This document shows, in pieces, positions 35,873 through 43,196 of a stretch of DNA of 43,196 nt (position 1 is the first letter of the stretch; each line of letters opens with the position of its first letter). Under the pieces are notes generated by a model. That model was not told the origin of the DNA. It did not search any database and worked only from the letters and a program-made list of their open reading frames with translations. This stretch comes from Clostridium sp. CAG:273 (GTDB taxonomy: Bacteria; Bacillota; Clostridia; TANB77; CAG-508), in contig FR901477.1 of the NCBI GenBank assembly GCA_000438355.1, positions 144 to 43,339 of the forward strand. Reading direction: 5' to 3'. A program made the translations under genes and the position numbers.

Positions 35873-35878
35873 GGAGCC

Positions 35879-35911
35879 AAAGGAAGGTCACGATAAGTGA
35901 CCTTCCTTTTT
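35879..35911 (+). terminator. strong intrinsic terminator with no intact upstream gene
   Basis: AAGGAAGGTCAC-gataa-GTGACCTTCCTT followed by TTT. It is GC-rich compared with its surroundings. Confidence 0.8.
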
Positions 35912-35980
35912 GCATAAATAAAGCAAGATGTGCATATTTAATAATAAATGTATATTATTGATATAAAAATAGGTGATTAT

Positions 35981-37135
35981 ATGAATAACAAAAAATTTAG
36001 ATGTGTTACATTTTCCTTAAAAAATAAATTATATATTATAATTTTTTGTAGTTTTATTTTGTGTTTAGTATTGTTTTCAAATACCAATTTAGCTTCTGCA
36101 AAAGAAGGGCTTTTTCTGTGGGCAAATTCTGTTGTACCTACTCTTTTTCCATTTTTTGTAGCGACAGAACTTCTGAATAATACTAATTTTATTCCAATGC
36201 TTGGAAAATACCTAAATAAGTTTATGAGACCTATTTTTAAAGTACCAGGAGAAGGTGCATATGCTTTCTTAATGGGAATGATTAGTGGATATCCAGTAGG
36301 TGCAAAAATTGTATGTCATTTAAGAGAAAAAGGGCTTTGTACAAAAGATGAAGGAGAAAGAATGCTTGCTTTTACTAATAATTCTGGGCCTTTGTTTATA
36401 ATAGGAACAGTTGGAATAAGTTTATTTGGAAATCAAACTATTGGAATTATTCTGCTTATTACTCATATATTGGCATGTATTACAGTTGGAGTTTTATTTG
36501 GATTTACTAAAAAAAATGAAAATATAAAATGGGATAGATATAATGTAAAAAATAGAAATAGTGAAGAAAAAACTTTAGGAGGAATTTTAGGAGATAGCAT
36601 AAAAAATGCAATTAGCACAATACTTATAATTGGTGGATTTGTGGTAATATTCTCTATAATAATTTCTATATTAAATAATAGCTATATTTTAGATATGATT
36701 TCTAAATTTATTTCACCTGTTTTAACAAATTTTGGAATGAATTTTGAATTTACTAAACCTATATTAGCAGGTATTATAGAACTTACAAATGGATTAAAAC
36801 TTGTAAGCGAAACAGCAATTGTAAATTACAATTTAAGTATTATAATTTCTGCTTTTTTACTTGGATTTGGTGGAATATCTATATTATTACAAGTTTCTAG
36901 TATTGTAGCAAAAACAGATTTATCTATAAAAAAATATGTAATAGGAAAGTTTTTACAAGGAATATTTGCAAGTATATATGTATTTTTAATAATTAATTTT
37001 TTTCCTAATATAAATGTACAAAATGTAAATATAGAACTTATCACTTCTTTTTGCTTAATTATAATTTTGTGTATTTTAGTATGTTTTATAGTAAAGATTT
37101 TTTTAAAAAAGACTTTGCAAACTAAAAAGATGTAA
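35981..37135 (+). CDS. ylbJ: sporulation integral membrane protein YlbJ (nucleoside-recognition/Gate domain family)
   Basis: Polytopic membrane protein. EGLFLWANSVVPTLFPFFVATELL and ...GMISGYPVGAKI... match YlbJ. I prefer the ATG at 35981 (MNNKKF) over 35948. Confidence 0.8.
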   Translation: MNNKKFRCVTFSLKNKLYIIIFCSFILCLVLFSNTNLASAKEGLFLWANSVVPTLFPFFVATELLNNTNFIPMLGKYLNKFMRPIFKVPGEGAYAFLMGMISGYPVGAKIVCHLREKGLCTKDEGERMLAFTNNSGPLFIIGTVGISLFGNQTIGIILLITHILACITVGVLFGFTKKNENIKWDRYNVKNRNSEEKTLGGILGDSIKNAISTILIIGGFVVIFSIIISILNNSYILDMISKFISPVLTNFGMNFEFTKPILAGIIELTNGLKLVSETAIVNYNLSIIISAFLLGFGGISILLQVSSIVAKTDLSIKKYVIGKFLQGIFASIYVFLIINFFPNINVQNVNIELITSFCLIIILCILVCFIVKIFLKKTLQTKKM

Positions 37136-37185
37136 TATTTTAAAGATTATAGAATATATATTTTATATATTAAAGCTAGTATAAA

Positions 37186-37443
37186 ATGAAAGGAATGGAT
37201 TTTCTTATGGATAAAAATATGGATATGAATAATTTTGGATATCCACCATATATGAACTATGATATGGGATATGACCCTATGATGGGTGATGGTGCAATGT
37301 TTAATCCTGTTGTTCAATATGAGCAGGCATATATGTATTATAGATATTTAACTCAACAATTGGAATATAAAATAAAGTGTAAAGAATATGAGAGAATATG
37401 TGGTAAACAGGAAAATTATAGAGGGGACAGAAAGGTAGAATAA
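37186..37443 (+). CDS. small Met/Tyr-rich hypothetical protein; the start is uncertain among three in-frame ATGs
   Basis: 85-aa ORF with roughly 11 Met and 12 Tyr by my count (NFGYPPYMNYDMGYDPMMGDGAMFNP...AYMYYRYL). No TM segment. It sits between ylbJ and mgtA. Confidence 0.5.
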   Translation: MKGMDFLMDKNMDMNNFGYPPYMNYDMGYDPMMGDGAMFNPVVQYEQAYMYYRYLTQQLEYKIKCKEYERICGKQENYRGDRKVE

Positions 37444-37571
37444 AATAATCTATTAATTTATAAATTTTTATTAACATATTGAATGAATAATGTTAAAATA
37501 ACAAAAGAGAAACAAAGAAAGGAGAATATAAGATATTTAAAAATTATTAGATATCTTATAATTATGAAAAA

Positions 37572-40181
37572 ATGGCTACAAATGAAGAAAATAAGGATGT
37601 TTATGAAACATATAAAAAAGATTGTATATATTCAGTAGATGAGTTTTTAAAAATACATAATTTTAGTGAAAGAGGTCTAACAAAAGGCCAAGTAGAAGAA
37701 AATAAAACTAAGTATGGTTTAAATATAATAAAACAATCTAAACCTAAAAAATGGTATCACTTTTTATTGAAGAGCTTATTTAGTTCTTTTAATATAATTT
37801 TGCTTTCAATTACATTACTTCTTATTTATACAGATGTAGTTTTGCCAGAAGTACCAAGTTATGCGAACATTATAGTGATACTTGTTTTAATTGTTATAAG
37901 TTCTTTTTTAGAATTTTTTGAAGTATATAAATCAAATAAAGCAGCAGAAAAACTAAAAAAGATGGTTTCTGTTAAAACTACAGTAATAAGAAATGGAAAA
38001 GAAGAAAAGATACCACTTGACCAAGTGACAATAGGAGATGTTATAAAACTTTCAGCAGGTGACTTGATACCAGCAGATTTAAAAATAATTGAAGCAAATG
38101 ATTTATTTTTAGTTCAGTCATCTTTAACAGGAGAATCTGATGCTGTAAGAAAAAATGTTATTTCTGAAAATAAAACTGAAAGCCAAATAGAAGATATAAC
38201 AGATATAGATACAATTTGTTTTATGGGAACAAATGTAATGAGTGGTACAGGAAAAGGCATTGTTTTAAAAATAGCAGATAATACATACTTTGGAAAGGTT
38301 GCTCATACAATACAAATAGGAAAGCCAAAAACCAGTTTTGAAAATGGTATAGATAGTGTGAGTAAATTACTTATTAGGTTTATGTTAATATTTATTGGAG
38401 TAGCATTTTTTATAAATAGTATTAAACATGATACTCTAGTAGCATTTACATTTGCAGTAGCAATTGCAATTGCTATAACACCACTTCTTTTACCAGTTAT
38501 ATTGTCATCAAGTTTAGCAAAAGGTGCAGTAAACATGGCAAAAAAGGAGACAATTGTAAAAAAACTGAATAGTATTCAATCTTTTGGTGCAATGAATATA
38601 TTATGTACAGATAAAACAGGAACATTAACACAAGATAAAATTGTACTTGAGAAATATTTGAATATAAATGGAGAAGAAGATGAAGAAGTCTTAAAATATG
38701 CTTTTATAAATGCTTATTTTCAAAATGGACTAGAAGGTAGTATAGATAAAGCAATTGTAAAGAAGATAAAACAAGAGAAATTATATAAAATTTCAAAAGA
38801 ATATAAAAGAATAGACGAAATTCCTTTTGACTTTTCAAGAAGATGTCTTTCTGTAATTGTTTCTAATGGAGACCAAAAAACAATGATTACAAAAGGAGCA
38901 GTAGAAGAAATACTTTCTAAATGTATATCAATGGAATACAAAGGACAAGTGTCTTCTATGAAATTAGAAGACAGAAGAAGACTAGAAGAAATTGCTAAAA
39001 ATTTAAACCAAGATGGCCTAAGAATAATTGCAATTTGTAAAAAAACAATTATGATAGAACAAGAAGATTATACGGTAAAAGATGAAAACAAAATGACACT
39101 TGTTGGCTTTGTAGGATTTTTGGATCCACCAAAATCAAGTGCTAAAGAAGAAATAAAAAGACTTAATAAAGATGGAATACGTGTTATAGTTCTTACAGGA
39201 GACAATGAATATGTTACAAAAGCAATATGTAAAGAAGTTGATATTAACACAGATAGAATAGTTTTAGGTAGCCAAATAGAAAAATTATCAGACACAGCAT
39301 TACAAAGGTTATTAAAAAAGACAAATGTATTTGCGAAATTATCTCCTATACAAAAATCTAGAATAGTGCAGACTTTAGAAAAGGCTGGAAATGTAGTTGG
39401 ATACATGGGAGATGGAATAAATGACGCACCATCACTAAATAGTGCAGAGGTAGGAGTTTCTGTAGATACAGCAGTAGATATAACAAAAGAAACGGCAGAT
39501 ATAATTCTTTTAAGGAAAAATTTAAATGTTTTAACAGATGGAGTTATTGAAGGAAGAAAGACTTTCGGCAACTTATTGAAATATATAAAAATTGCGGTAA
39601 GTTCTAATTTTGGAGAGGTAATATCTGTTATGATTGCAAGTTTGCTATTACCGTTTTTTCCATTAACACCAATTCAACTTTTAGTACAAAGTTTACTTTA
39701 TGACTTAGGCCAGCTTTCACTTCCATATGATAATGTAGATAAAGAATATATACAAAAGCCAAGAAAATGGGACATGAAAAGCATAAAGAAATTTATGTAT
39801 TATATGGGACCAACCAGTTCAATATTTGATTTAGTTGTATTTGCATTATTATGGTTTGCATTTGGAATAAGAACGGCAGCGCTTTTTCAAACAACGTGGT
39901 TTTGTTATGGCATTGTTTCTACAATGATGGGTTTACATGTAATAAGAAGTAGCAAGAGGCCATTTTTAGAAACGCATGCATCAATTGCTGTATATGCAAC
40001 AACAATTTTAATTAGTATAGTTACTTTATTAATACCATTTACTCCACTGGGCTCTATTATAGGGCTTGTTCCAATACCTCTTATATATATAGTGGTTATA
40101 TTGGGAGTTTCATTCTTATATTGCATGTTAGCATCTTTTGTAAAAAAGATATACATAAAAAAATATGGAGAATGGTTATAG
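37572..40181 (+). CDS. mgtA: magnesium-translocating P-type ATPase
   Basis: P-type motifs TGES, ICTDKTGTLT and MGDGINDAP. The MgtA-type N-terminus (GLTKGQVEENKTKYGLN) and the 10-TM layout fit. 869 aa. Confidence 0.9.
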   Translation: MATNEENKDVYETYKKDCIYSVDEFLKIHNFSERGLTKGQVEENKTKYGLNIIKQSKPKKWYHFLLKSLFSSFNIILLSITLLLIYTDVVLPEVPSYANIIVILVLIVISSFLEFFEVYKSNKAAEKLKKMVSVKTTVIRNGKEEKIPLDQVTIGDVIKLSAGDLIPADLKIIEANDLFLVQSSLTGESDAVRKNVISENKTESQIEDITDIDTICFMGTNVMSGTGKGIVLKIADNTYFGKVAHTIQIGKPKTSFENGIDSVSKLLIRFMLIFIGVAFFINSIKHDTLVAFTFAVAIAIAITPLLLPVILSSSLAKGAVNMAKKETIVKKLNSIQSFGAMNILCTDKTGTLTQDKIVLEKYLNINGEEDEEVLKYAFINAYFQNGLEGSIDKAIVKKIKQEKLYKISKEYKRIDEIPFDFSRRCLSVIVSNGDQKTMITKGAVEEILSKCISMEYKGQVSSMKLEDRRRLEEIAKNLNQDGLRIIAICKKTIMIEQEDYTVKDENKMTLVGFVGFLDPPKSSAKEEIKRLNKDGIRVIVLTGDNEYVTKAICKEVDINTDRIVLGSQIEKLSDTALQRLLKKTNVFAKLSPIQKSRIVQTLEKAGNVVGYMGDGINDAPSLNSAEVGVSVDTAVDITKETADIILLRKNLNVLTDGVIEGRKTFGNLLKYIKIAVSSNFGEVISVMIASLLLPFFPLTPIQLLVQSLLYDLGQLSLPYDNVDKEYIQKPRKWDMKSIKKFMYYMGPTSSIFDLVVFALLWFAFGIRTAALFQTTWFCYGIVSTMMGLHVIRSSKRPFLETHASIAVYATTILISIVTLLIPFTPLGSIIGLVPIPLIYIVVILGVSFLYCMLASFVKKIYIKKYGEWL

Positions 40182-40184
40182 AAA

Positions 40185-40225
40185 AGAACTAGAAAAATAT
40201 TTTTAATATTTTTCTAGTTCTTTTA
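40185..40225 (+). terminator. intrinsic terminator after mgtA
   Basis: 17-bp perfect stem AGAACTAGAAAAATATT / AATATTTTTCTAGTTCT with loop TTT, followed by TTTT. Confidence 0.85.
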
Positions 40226-40463
40226 AAGTATGCTAATTATATATATTAATGGAAAAATCTTACTAATGTGAGGAGATAGAAAAATAAATACATAATGTAT
40301 AAAAGTATATATAAAGCTACAAATTATAAAAGTAAAAAATATGTATATGAAAAAATAAATAATTTACTTTAAAGTAATAGTATGTTATAATGATGACGAA
40401 ATAAAAGTAAGAAATATTATAAAATTTAAGCTAAGCATATTTTAGTAAGGAGAGAGAAGTTAA

Positions 40464-42212
40464 ATGAGTAAGAAATTAAAACCAACCAAAGGTCATGAAA
40501 TTGGAAAAATTCAAGATCTTAGACAGTTATTAGATAGAGCAGCAGAAAAATACGGAGATAAAATAGCTTTTGAATATAAAAAAGATGCTACAGATAAGAA
40601 TTCTGAGATTATAGTAAAAACTTTTAATCAATTTAAAAAAGATGCTAAAAAATTATCAACTATATTTTTAAATATGGGATTAGAGGGGAAAAGAGTTGCA
40701 GTAATAGGTAACAATAGTTACAGTTGGTGTGTAACTTATATGGCAGTAGTATCTGGAGATATGGTAATAGTACCTTTAGATAAGGCTTTACCAGATACAG
40801 AAATAAAGTCTCTTATTAAAAGAAGCAAGGCAGATGCAGTAGTTTTTGACAAAAAATATGTAGATGTATTTGAGGAAATAAGAAAAGAAAATAAGTCAAA
40901 TTTACAGTATTATATTTGTATGGATGATATTGAAAGTGCAAATGTTATTAAATATAGTGAATTAATGCAAAAAGGGGAAGAGTTAGTAAATAATGAAGAT
41001 AATAGATATGACAGCATTAAAATAGATAATAAGAAAATGTCTATTATGTTATTTACATCAGGAACAACAGCTGCTGCAAAAGCTGTTATGCTATCACAAT
41101 ATAATGTTTGCAGTAATATTAATGCAATGCCATATTTTGTTTCAATGTATGACACAGATGTACTACTTTCATTTTTACCAATTCACCATACATTTGAATG
41201 TACAATAACATTTCTTTACGGTTGTTTATACTGTGGTGCAACAGTAGCATTTTGTGATGGCTTAAGATATGTTGTAGACAATTTAAAAGATTATGGAATT
41301 ACTGTATTTATAACAGTTCCATTAATGCTAGATATTGTTTATAAAAAAATAAATAAAGGAATAAAGGCACAAGGAAAAGAAAAACTAATTAACTTTATGA
41401 AACCAATTACAAATGGCTTAGCTAAAGTACATATAGATTTAAGAAAAAAAGTTTATAAACAAATAATAGATAATCTTGGAGGAAAAATAAGGCTAGTAAT
41501 ACATGGAGGAGCACCAGCAGATAAAGCTACTATAGTAGGATTAAATAGTTTTGGAATCTCAACAATTCAAGGTTATGGGCTAACAGAAACATCTCCTGTT
41601 ATATCTGCAGAAGCAGATTACAAAAAAAGCCCAGGTGCTGCTGGATTAGTTATGATAAATGAAGAAGTAAAAATAGATAGTCCTAACGAAGAAGGAATAG
41701 GGGAAGTTGTTGTAAAAGGTCCAAATATAATGCTTGGATATTATGAAAATGAGGAAGAAACAAATAAAGTATTAAAAGATGGTTGGTTTTATACAGGTGA
41801 CTTAGGTTATTTAGACAAAGATGGATTTTTATTTTTAACGGGCAGAAAAAAAGATGTAATTGTACTTAAAAATGGTAAAAATGTATATCCACAAGAAATA
41901 GAATTTTTAATTAGTAAATTGCCATTTGTGGCAGAAAATATGGTTTATGGAAGACCAGATAAGGATAAAGACTATGTAATTTCTGCAAAAATAGTTTATA
42001 GCAAAGAAATTATGAATGAGTTATATCCAGATAAAAAAGAAAACGAATATAAAGATATAATATGGCAAGAAATAAAAGAAAAGATAAATACTCAAATGCC
42101 AGAATATAAACATATTAAGGAAATTCAAGTTACAGATGAACCTTTAATAAAAACAACAACACAAAAAGTAAAAAGAGCAGAAGAGTTTAAGAAAATTGGA
42201 GTTACTAAATAA
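40464..42212 (+). CDS. AMP-dependent synthetase/ligase (long-chain-fatty-acid--CoA ligase-like), paralog 2
   Basis: GGAGAG SD. FTSGTTAAAKAV, GYGLTETSP, GWFYTGDLG and TGRKKDVIVLKNGKN. It is collinear with the 21415-23256 product. Confidence 0.88.
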   Translation: MSKKLKPTKGHEIGKIQDLRQLLDRAAEKYGDKIAFEYKKDATDKNSEIIVKTFNQFKKDAKKLSTIFLNMGLEGKRVAVIGNNSYSWCVTYMAVVSGDMVIVPLDKALPDTEIKSLIKRSKADAVVFDKKYVDVFEEIRKENKSNLQYYICMDDIESANVIKYSELMQKGEELVNNEDNRYDSIKIDNKKMSIMLFTSGTTAAAKAVMLSQYNVCSNINAMPYFVSMYDTDVLLSFLPIHHTFECTITFLYGCLYCGATVAFCDGLRYVVDNLKDYGITVFITVPLMLDIVYKKINKGIKAQGKEKLINFMKPITNGLAKVHIDLRKKVYKQIIDNLGGKIRLVIHGGAPADKATIVGLNSFGISTIQGYGLTETSPVISAEADYKKSPGAAGLVMINEEVKIDSPNEEGIGEVVVKGPNIMLGYYENEEETNKVLKDGWFYTGDLGYLDKDGFLFLTGRKKDVIVLKNGKNVYPQEIEFLISKLPFVAENMVYGRPDKDKDYVISAKIVYSKEIMNELYPDKKENEYKDIIWQEIKEKINTQMPEYKHIKEIQVTDEPLIKTTTQKVKRAEEFKKIGVTK

Positions 42213-43196
42213 TGCAAATGAATTATTTAATTGCTAGCTTACAAGAAAATGAAAAGTTTAAAGAAGTAGTAGAAAATGTAAATGAAAAAATAAGTCCGAT
42301 AGCAATATCGGGCTTATCTGACGTGTCTAAAGTAAGTATAATATCTTCTATTTTGGAAAGTACAAAAAGAAAAATTTGTGTACTTACATATAATGAGATT
42401 CAAGCAAAAAAACTAGTAAAAGATTTAAAGTACTTTTTTAAACAAGTGTATTTTTTACCTAAAAGAGAAATTGCGCCATATGATTATATTGCAGAAAGTA
42501 AAGACCTTCCATATGAAAGAATTGCAGTTTTAAATAAAATTATATTGCAAGAAAAATCAAAAGAACCTATCATAATAGTTACAACAATAGAAGCTGCTAT
42601 GCAAAAAATGATTAGCAAAGAAGAACTTTATGAGAATATTGTAGACTTTAAGATTGGGGAAACATATTCAATAGAAAATTTAAAGCAAACTTTTGTAAAA
42701 CTTGGATATGAAAGAACTAACTTAATAGAAGGTCAAGGACAGTTTAGTATACGTGGCGGAATTGTAGATGTTGGTCTTTCTAACAAAATAGGAGTTAGAA
42801 TTGAGTTTTGGGGAGATGAAGTAGACTCTATTAGATATTTTAAAATAGATTCACAAAGGTCTACAGAGATGATACAAAATATTACAATATTTCCTGCACA
42901 TGAATTTATAGTTCAAAATATTTATAATGCTATAAAGAAAATAGAGGAGAATTATAGCAATGTAGATGAAGACATTGAATTAATAAAAAATGGAGAAAAT
43001 ATAAGCAAAATAGACAAATACTTTAATGAATTTTATGATAAGCAGGAGTATTTTTTAGATTATTTATCAGATAAATACTTAATTTTTATAGATGAAAATT
43101 CCAAAATACAACAAAGAAAAGAAAATATTATAATAGAAAATAATAATTTAATTAAATCTTTGGTAGAAAAGGAAAGAATAGTTCCTGAGTCTATAA
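42212..43196 (+). CDS. mfd: transcription-repair coupling factor Mfd (N-terminal about 328 aa; continues past the window)
   Basis: The ATG overlaps the upstream stop (TAATG). My own translation MQMNYLIASLQENEKFKEVVENVNEKISPIAISGLSDVSKVSIISSILE...VLTYNEIQAKKLVKDLKYFF...GQGQFSIRGGIVDV...RIEFWGDEVDSIRYF matches the UvrB-homology N-terminus of Mfd. The frame is open to the window end. Confidence 0.88.
   Translation, partial: MQMNYLIASLQENEKFKEVVENVNEKISPIAISGLSDVSKVSIISSILESTKRKICVLTYNEIQAKKLVKDLKYFFKQVYFLPKREIAPYDYIAESKDLPYERIAVLNKIILQEKSKEPIIIVTTIEAAMQKMISKEELYENIVDFKIGETYSIENLKQTFVKLGYERTNLIEGQGQFSIRGGIVDVGLSNKIGVRIEFWGDEVDSIRYFKIDSQRSTEMIQNITIFPAHEFIVQNIYNAIKKIEENYSNVDEDIELIKNGENISKIDKYFNEFYDKQEYFLDYLSDKYLIFIDENSKIQQRKENIIIENNNLIKSLVEKERIVPESI

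Noticed and set aside
34945-35950. tRNA-Met as an integration site with a duplicated att half-site
   Set aside because: I looked downstream, through the TA locus to ylbJ, for a repeat of the tRNA 3' end (TTCGAATCACATCGTCGCTACCA). None was found and no integrase is present. The scar hypothesis stays speculative.
37444-37571. Possible Mg2+ riboswitch (M-box) or MgtL-like leader upstream of mgtA
   Set aside because: The leader is only about 128 nt and extremely AT-rich. I see a 9-bp hairpin (ATAAGATAT...ATATCTTAT) and a short overlapping ORF. I see none of the conserved M-box helices or sequence blocks, and no proline-rich leader peptide. The evidence is insufficient.
20003-42211. The interval between pth and mfd considered as a genomic island or mobile element
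   Set aside because: Its content is essential core genes (dnaG, rpoD, rimO, dut, carD). There is no integrase, transposase or phage gene and no flanking direct repeats. Its composition matches the rest of the window. I interpret it as an old rearrangement, not a mobile insertion.

Overview
The window is a 43.2-kb, visibly very AT-rich chromosomal segment, about 25-30% GC by eye. It looks like a spore-forming low-GC Firmicute of Clostridia type, but I cannot name the species from sequence alone. Coding is dense and almost entirely on the + strand; the exceptions are a LytTR regulator, a small membrane protein, rbr-feoB-feoA and a toxin-antitoxin pair. Most content is core housekeeping.

Gene order:
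- AgrA-like regulator (partial), then pdaA.
- yqfC, yqfD, an unknown 407-aa protein, ybeY, a dgkA-PAP2 fusion, then a DUF3048 protein.
- hydC-hydB-hydA, a NuoE/NuoF-type, probably electron-bifurcating [FeFe] hydrogenase.
- era, yqzL, recO.
- A four-gene glycan-modification module.
- pth, an RNase G/E-family gene, acyl-CoA ligase 1, capA, rimO.
- rbr, feoB, feoA on the - strand.
- dut, carD, dnaG, rpoD, then tRNA-Met.
- relB/dinJ plus a frameshifted yafQ.
- ylbJ, mgtA, acyl-CoA ligase 2, mfd (partial).

I found no CRISPR array, integrase, transposase, phage genes or recognisable defence island. I see no clear-cut novel multi-gene system.

The most defensible leads:
1. An orphan glycan-modification module between recO and pth. 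It comprises a divergent GT-A-like protein, a pyruvyl transferase, an FrhB-like Fe-S protein and a GT-D glycosyltransferase.
2. An uncharacterised helical protein sitting where phoH/pgpH normally lie in the yqfCD-ybeY operon.
3. A TA locus beside tRNA-Met. Its toxin is inactivated by a 1-nt homopolymer frameshift, and it is flanked by an orphan terminator.
4. Several unexplained non-coding repeats and palindromes: a 124-bp palindrome inside the hyd operon, ~44-bp tandem repeats between rimO and rbr, and a duplicated stem-loop element after pdaA and dgkA.

All functional calls rest on my own reading of motifs in the translations. No database search was possible.
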